A DNA stretch of 64,000 nt. It comes from the human T2T-CHM13v2.0 reference genome, Homo sapiens. Each line of letters opens with the position of its first letter. Position 1 is the first letter of the stretch. Positions 1 to 13,896 of this stretch are shown in pieces. A program made the translations under genes and the position numbers. The notes beneath the pieces were generated by a model. The model worked only from the letters and a program-made list of their open reading frames with translations, was not told where the DNA came from and ran no database searches. The stretch is taken from assembly GCF_009914755.1 (NCBI RefSeq), contig NC_060932.1; one strand, 5' to 3'.

Positions 1-597
1 TAGGCTTCATTCCTAAGGTGTAAGGTTCATTCAACACATGCAAATCAATAAATTTGAGTCACCACATAAACACAATTAAAAGCAAAAACCATATGATCAT
101 CTTGATAAACACAAAAAGTTTTTGATAAAATCCAACATCTCTTCATGATAAAACCCCTCAAGAAACTAGGCATTGAAAGAACATACCTCAAAATATTAAG
201 AGCCATCTATGGTAAACCCACAGCGAATATCATACTGAAGGGGCAAAAACTAAAAGCCTTACCCTTGAGAACTGGAAAAAGACAAGTATGCCCACTCTCA
301 CCACTCCTATTCAATCTATTAATAATACTGGAAGTCCTAGCCAGAGCAATCAGGCAAGAGAAAGAACTAAAAGGCATCCGAATAGGAAAAGAAGAAATCA
401 AACTATATCTCTTCACAGAGAATATGATTCTATACCTAGAAAACCCTAAAGACTCTGTCCAAAGGCTCCTGCAACTGATAAACTTCTTCAGTAAAGTTTT
501 AGGATACAAAATCAATGTAAAAAATCAGTCACATTTCTATACACTAACAATGTTCAAGCTGAGGGCCAAATCAAGAACACAATCCCATTTACAATAG

Positions 598-598
<1 letters not shown>

Positions 599-632
<34 letters not shown>
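599..632. repeat. (CA)17 microsatellite inside L1 ORF2
   Basis: Read directly from the sequence. Confidence 0.97.
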
Positions 633-634
<2 letters not shown>

Positions 635-1832
635 TACCTAGGAAAACATCTAACCAAGGAAGTGAAAGATCTCTACAAGGAAAACTACAAGACATTGCCA
701 AAAGATATCAGAGGTGACACAAACAAATGTTAAAACATTCCATGCTCATGAATTAGGAGGATCAATGTTGTTACATTGGCCATATTACCCGAAGCAATCT
801 AGAGATTCGATGCTATTCCTATCAAACTACCAACATCATTTTTCACAGAACGATAAATGAAATTCATATAGAACCAAATTCTATAATTCTAAAATTTATA
901 TAGAACCAAAAAGGAACCCAAATAGCCAAAGCAATCCTAAGCAAAAAGAACAAAGCTGGAGGCATCACGTTATCTGACTTCAAACTATACTATATGGCTA
1001 TAGTCACCAAAACAGCATGGTACTAGTGCAAAAACAGGCACATAAACCAATGGAACAGAATAGAGAACACAGAAATAAAGCTGCACACCTACAGCTATCT
1101 GATCTTCAACAAAGTCAACAAAAAGAAGCATCGGGGAAAGGACTTCCTATTCAAAAAATGGTGCTCAGATAGCTGGCTAGCCACATGCAAAAGAATGAAA
1201 CTGTACCCCTACCTTTCATCACATAAAAAAATTAACTCAAGATGGATTAAAGATTTAGATGTAAGACCTCAAACTATAAGAATCCTAGAAGAAAACCTAG
1301 AAAACACCATTCTGGACATTAGCCTTGGAAATGAATTTATGACTAGGCCCTCAAAAGCAATTGCAACAAAAACAAAAACTGACAAATAAGAACTAATTAA
1401 ACTAAAGAGCTTCTGCACAGCAAAAGAAACTATCAACAGAGTAAACAGACAATCTACAGAATGGAAGAAAATATTTGCAAACTATGCATCCAACAAAGCT
1501 CTAATATCCAGAATCTATAAGGAGCTTAAACTCAGCAGGCAAGCAAAAGAAAAAAAAAAACAAAAAGGCAAAAAATGTGAACAGACATGTCCCAAAAGAA
1601 AACTACAAGCAGCCAACAAACATGCAAAAATGCTTCAAATGCTTCAAATCACCAGTTATCAGAGAAATGCAAATCAAAACCACAATGGGATACCATCTCA
1701 CACCAGTTAGAATGGCTATTATTAAGAAGTCAAAAAACAAAAGATGCTGGTGAGGCTACAAAGAAAAGGGAATGCTTACACACTGTTGGTGGGAATATAG
1801 ATTAGTTCAACCCCCATAGAAAAGCAGTTTGG

Positions 1833-2127
1833 GGCTGGGCGTGGTGGCTCATGCCTGTAGCCCCAGCACTTCGGGAGGCCAAAGTGGGCAGATTACTTGA
1901 GCCCAGGAATTCAAGACCAGCCTGAACAACATGGCAAAACTCCACCTCTACAAAAAATACAAAAATTAGCTGAGTGTGGTGGTGCATGCCTGTAGTCCCA
2001 ACTATTTGGGAGGCTGAAGTGGGAAGATCACTTGAGCCCAGGAGGTCCAGGCTATAGTGAGACATGATTGTGCCACTGCACTCCAGCCCGAGTGAAACAG
2101 TGAGACCTTGTCTCAAGGGGGAAAAAA
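1833..2127 (+). mobile_element. AluJ, full length, inserted in L1
   Basis: Dimeric Alu with J-type cttgagcccaggag in both arms. TSD agaaaagcagtttgg (1818-1832) / agaaaacagtttgg (2128-2141). Confidence 0.95.
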
Positions 2128-3808
2128 AGAAAACAGTTTGGAGATTTCTCAAAGAAATATTCTTTAAGAATTAAAAACTTTAAGAAAGTTCTTAAAACAG
2201 AACTACCATTTTACCTAGCAATCCCATTACTGAGTATATATTCAAAAGAAAATAAATCATTCTACCAAAAAGACACATGAAGTCACATATTCATCACAAC
2301 AGTATTCACAATAGCAAAGACATGGAATCAACCTAGGTGCCCATCAATGGTGAATTAGATTAAAACATATGTGGTACATATATACCATAGAATACTATGC
2401 AGTCATAAAAAAGAATGAAATCATGTTCTTTGCAGCAACATGGATACAGCTGGAGTCCATTATTCTAAGTGAATTAATACAGGAGCAGAAAACCAAATAT
2501 CACATGTTCTCACTTATAAGTGGGAGCTAAACATTGGTACACATGGACATAAAAATGGGAACAACAGACAGCAGGGACTACTAGAGGAGAGAGGGAGAAA
2601 TGGGGGAAGAGTTGAAGGACTAACCATTGGGTACTATGTTCAGTACCTGGGTGACAGAATCACTGATACCCCGAACCTCAGCATCATGCAATATACCAGG
2701 TAACAGACCTGCACATATACCCACTGAATCTAAAATAAAAGTTGGAAAAAAGGAACTAGCTGACGCAGTCCATGTAATGTGACAATAGGAAATTACGATA
2801 AAATGAGTCAATAAATAGGAATATTATATTGGTTAGACTCATAGGGAAGGAGGGTATCAAAAGAACTGAATGATTAGTTAGCCTGCGAAAGGACTAACTC
2901 AGCATGTCCGATTGAGAAGGCTTCAAGGAAGTGGGTGTTATCTATTAGATCCCATTACTAATGGGCACAAGGAAGGAGTAGTCTCTCAGATTTTGTGTCT
3001 GACATAAAAAGTGCATTTAAGTACCTCTGAGAGTGCCAGTCTAAACAATCTAATTAGTCTGTCAAGTACAATTTCAAAGCTATTAAGAGGACCAAAGCCC
3101 TTTTCAGAAATGTGTAAAAAAAAAAAAAAATCTCAAATTATATTATTGAATTCTTAAATATCAAAGTATCACTTTTATTAGGAATAAAATATCAATAAAT
3201 ATGCAATTGTTTGGATTTCTAAAATCCTTTTTTATTAAAAAATTAATTATAATAATAAAAGAAGAAAAGGTATCCCAACTGACATGTTAGGAAAACATTA
3301 GAAAAAGACGTAACTACCAATTTCTGTATATTTGGTGATGTACCAATAACTACAAAATGCACCTCAGTCAATACACCAAGGACTCATATTCCTCTAAGCA
3401 CTTAATGGAGAATTGAATACTGTTAAAGCAGAAATCAGGACTTTACCAAAGAGTTAGTAAAGGTGTCCCTTTAAACATAGACTAGAAGTGGTATATGTCA
3501 GTGGTAAGGACTTCATGCAAGCTATTGAACCTTGGAATGTTCCACAAATTATAGCTATTAATTTATTTCTAGTTCCAACAATCTAAGAATTCTTATCTAA
3601 GACAGATTCTTAATTTTTTCCTTACTTATAATAACCTGTACATTTTAATAATATAGATACTATAGAAGATGTTTGGTTTAATAAAATGTAATCTTTCCAA
3701 GTATGATTTTTTAACTGAGAAAAAATCTGTGAAATAATTTTTATGTATATTCCTTCATCTCAAAGTTATATTTTTGACACCCAAACATGATACAACTTGA
3801 AAAGTACA

Positions 3809-3931
<123 letters not shown>

Positions 3932-4465
3932 TGAAAACATGTTAAAGTGAATTTAAAGTGTTTTATGATTTAAAATATAATTAACTCAATTTTAGACTTT
4001 GAGATTTTACTGAAAAAAAAAAATGGTGTCTCTGGAAATGATGATGCTTCATGAAAAAAAAAAAGTGCTTGGTTAAATGACAAGATAAATAAATGAGCAG
4101 TGACTAGAGCTGACCTATGATAGAACCCTGACAGATTTCTGTAGCATCAGAATGGACAGCCCATTAAATACCAAGCTACTTGGTGATGTGTAAGACAACT
4201 GGGTGAGACCAAGAGAAGAAGAATTCTGTCTATTTTCTACATTATTGGACACGTTTCATTGACCTGCTCACAGAAGCACATTGAAACACATCCTATCTTA
4301 CCTATTTGTTCCCAGCAATTAATGAGAAAATAGTGAAAATGGGATTGAAAGAGCAGGAACATGTAGGAGCACAAGAATAATAACAACAGAGTATATATTT
4401 CATTCTTCATATAATAGCTGCTTTCATTAAAATATATATGTAAACAAAACCATTCTACAGATTGC

Positions 4466-5168
4466 TGCCATGGCTTGAATTTTTGTGTCTTTACAGAATT
4501 TGTGTTGAAACGTAGTATCTCCAGTACAATACAGTTGTGCCCTATTATCCACAGGGAATATACATTCCAAGAACCCCAAGTGGATGCCTAAAACCTCAAA
4601 TAGTACTGAATTTGATACATACTATGTTTTCTATATATACTATGTTTTTCTTCTATACATACATACCTATGATAAGGTTTAATTTAGAAATTACACACAG
4701 TAAGAGATTAACCACAACCAATAATAAAATAGAATAACTGTAACACTATACTGTATTAAAAATCACATGAATGTGGTCTCTATTTCTCTCTCTCTCAAAA
4801 TATCTTATTGTAACTGTACCTAGGAAAGTGAAACTATGGACAAGGGGGGACTACTGTAGTATTAAAGGTGGGGCTTTAAGGGGTTGATTACATCATGAGG
4901 GCTCATCCCTCATGAATGGAATTAAGGCTCCTATAAAAGAGGGCTTCACATAGCATTTGGCCCTTTTTGTCCTTTTGTCCCTTTCACCAAGTGAGGACAC
5001 AAGAAGAAGCACCATGTTGGAGGCAGACAGCAGCCCTCACCAGACACATTTGCTGGCATCTTGATCTTGGACTTTCCAGCCTCCAGAACTGCAAGAAATA
5101 AATTTCTGTACTTTATAAATTACCCACTTGTGAGTATTTTGTTATAGCAGCATGAAAAGACTAAGACA
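4466..5168 (+). mobile_element. MaLR solo LTR (MST family) interrupted by MER44A
   Basis: TG...CA ends. MST hallmarks cttgatcttggactttccagcctccagaactg and aataaatttctg...gactaagaca. Confidence 0.88.
4532..4856 (-). mobile_element. MER44A-like TcMar-Tigger non-autonomous element
   Basis: TIRs cagttgtgccctattatcc / ggacaaggggggactactg, each flanked by TA. Confidence 0.85.
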
Positions 5169-5219
5169 ACTACAAATTTATCTTGCTAATCTATCTCACT
5201 CCCAGGAGGCAAGGAGGTA

Positions 5220-5382
5220 AGATAGAAAGAGCACAGAAATGGAAGTCTAGGGTCTAACCCCACCTTGGCCACTTATTAGCAGATAAGTGACCTTGGAGCA
5301 GTCACTCACTATCACTAGCTCTCTATACGCAGAAAATGATGTGTAATTGTTGTCAAGTCCCTTCCAGTTCTGACATCTATGT
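5220..5382 (+). mobile_element. MIR/MIR3 fragment
   Basis: gccacttattagc...gtgaccttggagcagtcact core and a cccttccagttctgacatctatg tail. Confidence 0.6.
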
Positions 5383-5774
5383 CAAGTTGGTCCTAACTTT
5401 TCCTTTAAGATCTCTATCAAGAAATGTATGGCTTATGAAAAAACAAATAAATGTAGCTGGCCGAATTTGCTTTCTCAGTAGCCTGGAGAGAATCCTTTTG
5501 TAATAGTGATAATGGTTACAATACTTTATATATTTTGGTTTAATTTCAAGGTTTTTTTAAAGGGACTTTGTACATAATTAAATGTTTAAAAATAAGTTCT
5601 TTCTCTTATATTTAGTGCTGGGGTTCTATTTGCATTATTAAAGGTATTGACTAGCATCCCATTTTTTCCTTTGTTTCAAATAGAATATGTAACATGGAAT
5701 ATTTGAGCTTGACTATTTTAAACCTTTATTAACATATTTATCAGGGCTGATAATGTTATTAGAAAGATAGTTTC

Positions 5775-5995
5775 TTTTTTATTTCAACTTGTATTATAGA
5801 TTAAAGGATACATGTGCAGATTTGCTACATGGGTAAATTGTGTGATGCTGAGGCTTGGAGTCCCAACAATCCCATCATCCAGGCCATAAGCAGAGTACCC
5901 AATAGGCAGTTCTTCAGCCTAGGCCTCCCAACTTCTTTCCCCATCCATTGATCCCCAGGGTCTATTGTTCCCATCTTTACCATCATGTGTATTCT
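5775..5995 (-). mobile_element. L1 3' UTR fragment (L1PA15/16-like)
   Basis: tacatgtgcagatttgctacatgggtaaattgtgtgatgctgagg is the reverse complement of the L1 3' end. Confidence 0.88.
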
Positions 5996-7154
5996 TGCAT
6001 CCTTGGAGATATGAAACTCTGAGAACATTTAGATAAAAATGGCTTTGAAAAGTTTTAATATTATATAAAGATACTATATAGTCACCAATACCATTTAGCC
6101 ATTATTTCTAACCATCCTATCAGTCAGCCATATCATCCATTCACGCTAATGGTGAATGAAATGGTTTCTGGTCTGTCAGCACTGGTATCTAATCTTTCAC
6201 TCAAAACATGGCATTTTCATTGAGCGGCACAGTATATTCCGACAAGTGCTTGTAAATAGAGTCAACAGCACTTTACATTTGGTTTTAATTCGATTTAACA
6301 AGTTTGGCAATTTGCAGTTCAGAATCCAACCCTAACTTTCCTCAGGAAGTGGAAAAGGCTTAGTATATATTCATCTGGAAAAAATCTACCATGTTCCAAA
6401 TCATAACTAAACTGGAAACAGATCATATTCATCCTCTCAGGGGCACTTAGCATAAGCTAAATATACACACAACACAGCTGACCATTTATAAACACAGCTA
6501 CCATCGGGACCAGAGAGCTGTGTCAATGGCCGTCATTTGTTGGTCTGCAGTGAAAAACCAGAGATCTTGCTAAGATGGAGGCCATGTCTGAACAGCATGC
6601 AATCCACACTGCTCCATTTTACACAAATGTCGAAAAAATATTTTAAAGCATTCCATTGTCTTGTTGTCTACTTTTAGATTGAGTCTTTAAATAAGGATTC
6701 ATCTAGTTCTTTCCATTTTCATAAACATAGACATTAAATATAGATTTAAGAGGATTCAGGCTTCCCTTAAAGGACCTTTGTTATTGCCGTTCTCCTGAGG
6801 TTCCTTCAGATGCTGTGATTCATTCCGATGTTGATTCTGTGACTTCAGTTGTGAGGGATGAATATTTTCCTCATTTATATCTCAGAGTTGGTTTTAAATT
6901 CAGAAAGCATGTATGACAAAAGAAAAAAAAATAACACAAAGAAACCAACCTCATTCCAGAGAAGAGAGATTGGCTAAATGAGGGTTAAGTCAATCAGCCA
7001 GCCAAAAACATTATAGAGTATCCAAGAGGGCAGAGCCAGGCATAATTCTCCCTTCTGTCCATGTCACCTGCGATGCTCCCCTTGGAAGAGTGGCTGGGTG
7101 CCTCACATGCAGAAAAATACAGACATCTGACAGCCAGACTATAAGGGGTGTATT

Positions 7155-7665
7155 TATCCATTCATTGAACAAACATTTATTCAGCATCCACCAAGAGGCA
7201 GGGGTAGGGTACTTTAAGGTGCTCACTTCAGAAGGCAGAAGCCAGCTAGTGATTTATGGCAGACAAGTAAAAATATAGTAATAAAACGGGATCAGTTGAA
7301 GGATAGACACATATAAACATGAATAACCAGTGTGAGCAATACCCCCTCACATTCTACACTCATTCCCCCTCTCATTAGCACTTGGCTCATTAGCACCATT
7401 GCCACTTCGGGTTATGTATTTATTTATTTATTTATGGCTGTCTCACAGACACATTATTTATATGTTAAATACATATATAACATCAAGTGGCAATGGTGCC
7501 AATGATGTCCTTGAGGGCATGGGATTTCTTTGAGTCATTGAGCTAAACCAGCCCCTAGAACAGAACCCCATACCTAATAGGTGCTCAATAAATATGTAAT
7601 AAATATGTTCCTATAAAAGAAGCTTCACACAGCATTTGACTAAATGAATGCATGAGTGAATCAAC
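7155..7665. mobile_element. L2 3'-end fragments: minus at about 7155-7260, plus at about 7375-7665
   Basis: cattcattgaacaaacatttattcagc (minus) and taggtgctcaataaatatg...tgaatg (plus). Confidence 0.65.
7387..7505. repeat. Imperfect inverted repeat with 40-bp arms (7387-7426 / 7466-7505)
   Basis: 34/40 identity by hand alignment. The outer 21 bp match 20/21 (tcattagcaccattgccactt versus the reverse complement of aagtggcaatggtgccaatga). Confidence 0.9.
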
Positions 7666-7849
7666 ATTATAGACATCATTCAAAAGAAGGAATGATTGAT
7701 TGTCTGGAAAGACAGGAGGAAATGATGGTGGGCTATGATTAAAGGCAATTAAATGTTGATAAGTAAGAAGCTGAAAAATCAGGCAAGAGACGTTCACTGG
7801 GCAGGTCCTCAGGAGTCCCCTGCAATGGGTCTATGGAATCCAGGCAGTT

Positions 7850-8250
7850 GTGTCTACCCGGTGTCCCGTCCTTGTGGAACTGTCTTCCCAGCTCCATGTG
7901 GCTTTGGTGGGGCAACCAATCCCAGACTTCAACTCCTCTGACCACAGGGGAGAGCCCCAGCCCACTGCAGTCTGTCTGATTCTCCCTCCTGGGCATTTAA
8001 ATCTGCAGCCAACAAGAACAAGAACACCAGCAGCAGAGCCATCAGCAGCGGCAGGACCTTGGAAAGATGGCTCATGAATTCCTGCTTCTGGGACCCCCCA
8101 GTTCCCTTGGTTCTCAACTTTCCCGAGGCCTGTTTGGTCAGCTCTTCCCTCAGTTCTTTAAGCTATTAATAGCCTTCCAATAAACTTTTCTTTTCTGGCT
8201 CCAGTAGTCTCAGTTTATTTCTGTTGATTACATGCTAAGCTTTCTACAAC
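7850..8250 (+). mobile_element. Old MaLR LTR fragment (MLT1J/K-like)
   Basis: 3' end ccaataaacttttcttttc...tttctgttgattaca. Confidence 0.5.
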
Positions 8251-8299
8251 CACAGGGGCTGATTAGAAGATAATTGTGGCTTGGAAGGACTCAGGAATA

Positions 8300-8525
8300 A
8301 ATTTTTATTTGACACTAACCATGTACAGGTACTGAGCTAAGCTCTTTATATGAGTTATCCAATTTAATCTTCAGAACCATCTCTATTAGTGACTATTTCC
8401 GTTTTAAATAAGTCTAAAAATTTAACCTCTTTAACTTAACTTAAATAAGTTAAATAATATGTCCAAGCTGACGATCTACCAGGTGGCAGAGCCAGCACTC
8501 AGCTTCAAAGACCACAGTCTTAACA
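8300..8525 (-). mobile_element. MIR
   Basis: tttattgacactaaccatgtacaggtactgagctaagctcttt...ggtggcagagccag. Confidence 0.75.
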
Positions 8526-9054
8526 ATTTCCCCCCACTCTTCTCCCCACTTAGGCTCACTGAACCCCTGGGAAACACAAGTGTTAGCATGTCATAAACAA
8601 CTAGAAATGCCACTTGTATCATGGCCAGGTAGGGTTAGGGTTAGGGATAAGGAGGTGGTGGGTCTCCCTAGGGAATAAGTGGCGTTAAGGGAAGTGGCAG
8701 TAGTTTCTGTGGCCACTTTCCAGGAATGCTTTTCTCATGTTCTGAATTGTGTTATGGGTTATTATTTTTTGTTCCTATACCATACAAAGAAATTAGAACA
8801 TCACTGTCCTATTGAGAAGAGCTAAAACAGATGCCTGAAACAAGTGGCCCCAGAGTCTCTCTTCAATTAACAGACACTGGCCCTGTTCTCCCGTGGCTTC
8901 CTCCTTCACTCTGAGTATTGCTGGTTTGCAGTCACTTCCCACCAGGGACCAGATCCCAGCAAGTTTATTTACCCACTAGCATGATCCTCACCTTGCCATC
9001 CTCCATCACCCACCCTCACACCTCCTCCCACCTCATTTTACCTCTTCACCAGTT

Positions 9055-9760
9055 TATTATTCATTCATTATCAGTCATTCAGAAAACATCTCAGGGCCTG
9101 AATGTGTCAGCCTCTGTGCCAGGCACCAGGAGTGTCCCACCAACAGAAGAGCAAAGTCCCCGATCTGGTGGAGCGTACAGTCTAGATGGGGGGACGGATG
9201 GAATACAAGTAAACAAACATATCCATACAACAAGCCTGCACTGTTGTCAGGGAGCTGCAGCAGAGAAGTCAGACCTGAGATGCAGCGTAGCAGAGAAGGG
9301 TCTGCGTGTGATGAAGGTGTCTGAGCAAGGATCTGCTAAGTGCAGGAGTGAAGGGTAAGGAGGAGCCAACCTCGCCAAGAGTCAGGGAAGAGCAATCTAA
9401 GCAGAGGGAACAGCCCGTGCAAAGGCCCAGAGATGGGAAAGGGTGTGGCACGGTCCGACATCCGCGCAGTGGGTACAGAAGAAAGTGGCATGAGATGAGG
9501 CCCACTGAGGCAAGAAGTGGAAAAATTAGGCTAGAGAAGATTGCAAGGAGCTCCTTCCAATGGGTCTATGAAATTCAGGCAGTTGTGTCTACCCAGTGTC
9601 CTGTCCTTGTGGAAGTGTCCTCCCAGCTCCGTGTGGCTTTGGTGGGGCATCCAATCCCAGACTTCAGCTGCTCAGACCACAGGGGAGAGCCCAAACCCAA
9701 GCCAAAGTCAGGGCCTGGGTGGAATGTGGATTTCATTCTCAGTGCAACCTGTTCTCCTAT
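9055..9760 (-). mobile_element. L2, interrupted by the 147-bp copy at 9546-9692
   Basis: ttcattcatt tail, tgtgccaggcac, gcagagggaacagcccgtgcaaaggcccag; the L2 resumes at ggatttcattctcagtgcaa. Confidence 0.8.
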
Positions 9761-11073
9761 TACTCTCAGGGAAAACATATTTTTAAAAAACCTAAAAATA
9801 ACAGAAGAGAAAATATTTTAACAAATATTTTCATGTCTATTTAATGCCTAAATGACTGATGAAGTGCTAAACTCTTGCAACATTGGAAATCTGTCAGGAC
9901 TGCAATTTGAATGACAAGCTGGGAACTAACTGAAAAATGATCCTGCAAAAAAGCCTCACACAGCAACTGTATTATAAATCCTTAACAGAACTTAATTAAA
10001 TAACTAATTAAGATTGTCCAATCTCTCAATGATCGCGCGATGTAGAGATTATGATGCTCATCTTCTAGGAAAATGAAGCTTGAAAAGTTCCCACAGCTAA
10101 CCCGGTAGAAGAACTAGGATTTATGGCCAGGCTTGTCCCACTCCATATTTAGTCTTAACTATTATGCTGTACTTTCCCCTAATTCCATTTAGTACAATAC
10201 CATCTTGTTTGACTAATATTACTCAAAAATAATGTATGCTACAGAAGTAAGCCTCTTGGACCACAGAGATCCTGTTAAAATGAAACCTTTAAAACATACA
10301 CCTCTTTGGATGATAATTTTTCAACTTTTTGCCTTTTATATACCAACTCCACACATTAACCATTATGAACATCAGAGATTCCATGATGCTGCCCTCAGGT
10401 ACTCTGAAGTGCAAATACCTGCTCGCCTCTAAATCAAATGGGCTCAGGCTATGGACACTTTTTTTTTTTTTTAAGTTTTCTGTGTTTTATTTTTTTCCTT
10501 TCTCTTCATTAACTTTCAGGAGTTTTTTCCTTTATTGATCTCCTGTTTATTCATTTTCAGGACTTCTTACAACTTTCAGTGTGGTTGCCTCTTGCAACTT
10601 TTCTCTAAACGTTAATGCTCTAGTTGTTCTTTAGTTTAGATTGAGAAACCTGATGATTTAGCATTTTGCATTTATTAGCATTTGTAGTGAAAGATGAATA
10701 AAGAGAAGCTGAGTCAACAGTATTAGATACAAAAACACTGTGCTGTAAAATATATTGTGTACTGGGAGGACTGACTTGAAAGGGAGGCGTGCAGGGTGTC
10801 AGGGGAGGCGAGGGGTGAGCCTGAATGGTGAGGGGAGGCCAGATCAGGTAGAGACAGTGTTATCCAGAAGGCCTTCCAAGTGGGCAGCTCAGAACTCAGG
10901 ACACACTCTTTTGTGGGTATTCCCATATTATGTGATAGTCGGGCTGTCAAATCATTCTGTAAAATCTTATTTAATCCATCATATACATAAAATGTTTTCC
11001 CCTCGATTCTGAGAATGTGAACAGGAGCAAGAAATCAAGAACCCAGGTGAATATTGCAAAGTTCTAGCCCCTA

Positions 11074-11569
11074 AAGAAGGGGAAGAAGGAGGAGGAGGAG
11101 GAGGAGGAGGAAGGGATGGAGGAAGGGATGGAGGGAGGGAGGGAGGGAGGGAGGGAGGAAGAAAGGAAGGAAGGAAGGAAGCAAGCAAGGAAGGAAGGGA
11201 GGGAGGAAGGAAAGGGAATGGAAGGGAGGAGGGAAGGGAGGAGGGAGGGAGGCATGGAGGGAGGGAGGGAGGAAGGGAGGGAGGAAGGAAGGAAGGAAAG
11301 GAGGGAGGGAGGGAGGAAGGAAGAAAAGAAGGAAGGAAGGGAGGGAGGGAAAGGAAAGGGAAGGGAAGGAGGGAGGGGGGAGGGAGGGAGGGAAAGGAAA
11401 GGGGAGGGGGGAGGGAGGAAGGAAGGGAAGGAGGGAGGGAAGGAAGGAGGCAGGGAGGGAGGGAGGAAGGAAGGAAAGGAGGGAGGGAAGGAAGGAGGCA
11501 GGGAGGGAGGGAGGAAGGAAGGAAAGGAAGGAGGGAGGGAGGGAAGGAGGCAGGGAGGGAGGGGGATGA

Positions 11570-11572
<3 letters not shown>
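11074..11572. repeat. About 500-bp polypurine (GGA/GGGA/GGAA) low-complexity tract
   Basis: Almost only G and A on the + strand. It produces the spurious P/S/L-rich and G/E/R/K-rich ORFs in the track. Confidence 0.97.
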
Positions 11573-12350
<778 letters not shown>

Positions 12351-13589
12351 CTCCTGAGCTCACAGTGCCTCCGGCGCAGCACTTTTCCCTCCTCCAGCTC
12401 CTTGACCACAGGGTCCTCTTCCTCCCTCGTCACCCTAAATGGCAAGCAGGAGAAGGCCTATGCTCCCAGTTTAATAAATTAGGAGAGCTCACATCTCCTG
12501 TTCCACACAACCCATCAACACAGAGCGCACACAATGGAAACTGCAGCAGAATGAGTAAGCAACATTCATCCCACTGGAATTGTATGGGGTCTTGGCTCTA
12601 AAATACTTCCCAGAGATAGCAATCCAGATAGCAGCATTCAAACCAATCCTTTGCCAGCATGAAGTGAGTGTGTGAAAGTTGTGGGGGAGTGTGTTCCTCT
12701 GCAGCCAGCACATCAAGTGCCTGGGTCATTACCTTGACCTTTTCTATTCCAGGGAAGTTGTGGCATTGCTAGTCTGTGAGTTGTTATTTGTTTCTATGGC
12801 AAGGCTTATACAATTCCTTTTTTGGAGGGGTTTGCTAGTGATTCTGCTTTCTGAACTAGAAGCTCCTTATCAGTACCATATAAGCAGAGGCGAAAGCTGT
12901 GTCACCAGCACCACTGTCCCTGGTGTCACTAAGCCTGATGTCCGCCAGCGTGGACCACTCCATTGACTTTCTTTATGGGCCTTGGGGTCACCAAGCCTAT
13001 AGTGAATTAAGTACTCATTATCTGGGTTCCAAGAAGCAGGGAACAAGCAAACATCCACCCCAGGTGAAAAAGCCATTTGCTGCCAAATGGTGATTTGGAC
13101 TTTACAAAAGAACATGGTTAATGATCTGAGGCAGTTCACTTATCATTCATTTGAGCAAGAAACCAAGGCTCCTCCAATAGACAAATGTCTGGCCTTTTTC
13201 ACAAGGCTGGTGAGGACATACTGGTGGCCCTAAAATAACCCTGTTAACAACATCAGATATACTGTGTATCTGATGCCACAAATTCTACCAAGGCAATACC
13301 AAGGACACAGAGTTGGCAGAGCAGAAAGAAGCCTGGACTGGACACTCAAGTAAAACGTGTGCATGACTCCATGTCCTGAGCCCTGAAATAGTTGCAGACA
13401 TCATTTAGAAAGAAATATGAACACAGGCGACATATTTCCTATAACAGATGTCTCAAGTGTCAATCACCTTCCTTTTTTTTTTCCTGTTTCTTTTCCTTTC
13501 TCGTATTTTCTTTGTTTGTTTGGGTTTGGTTTTGGTTTGTTTTGCTTTTGCTGTCCTTTTCATTTTCCTTTTAACACAACTACTCTCAT

Positions 13590-13745
13590 GTATGGGTGTA
13601 GTCCTGTCCCAGTGGCCCTGCAAAGCACTCTATACACATTATCTCTTTTATTTCACAAAGCAGTCCTAAAAAGGAGATGCTGTTGTTCTCATTTTACATA
13701 TGGAAAAACAGAGGCTTGGCTAGGGAGCAAATGTATTAATGGGGT
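13590..13745 (-). mobile_element. MIR fragment
   Basis: ctcattttacatatggaaaaacagaggcttgg core. Confidence 0.7.
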
Positions 13746-13896
13746 GTCTCACTCATAGCCCAGGCCCTTAGGAGCCCATATCTGTCTTACTCATAGCCCA
13801 GGCCCTTAGGAGCACTTGTCATCTTTCCCTTCAGAAGCAGGTGGCCATCACAGCCCATCATTGCCACACTACCTACCATTAGAGAAGGGATTCTTC

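Larger units (their letters stand above)
1..2750 (+). mobile_element. L1 (L1PA15/16-like) ORF2 3' half plus 3' UTR; degenerate, cut by the window edge, interrupted by an AluJ
   Basis: ORF 145-597 matches L1 RT ([29 protein letters not shown]), but the catalytic FADD reads FTEN. ORF 1195-1389 KINSRWIKDL is ORF2. The 3' end is aacctcagcatcatgcaatatacc...aaaataaaagttggaaaaaa. Confidence 0.95.
7811..9692 (+). repeat. Dispersed 147-bp direct duplication (7811-7957 / 9546-9692)
   Basis: Ungapped, 15 mismatches by hand count (about 90% identity), offset 1735 bp. Confidence 0.95.

Noticed and set aside
145-597. 150-aa ORF resembling reverse transcriptase
   Set aside because: It is a decayed L1 ORF2 fragment with the catalytic DD lost and a frameshifted end, not a gene.
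8476-8489. CTCF-like ctaccaggtggcag
   Set aside because: It mismatches the core consensus, lies within MIR-derived sequence, and has no other support.
8628-8646. ggtagggttagggttaggg telomere-like run
   Set aside because: Only about 2.5 TTAGGG units, too short to call an interstitial telomeric sequence.
13251-13275. Near-palindrome catcagatatac-t-gtgtatctgatg
   Set aside because: An 11/12 arm match is short enough to arise by chance or minor template switching, with no functional clue.
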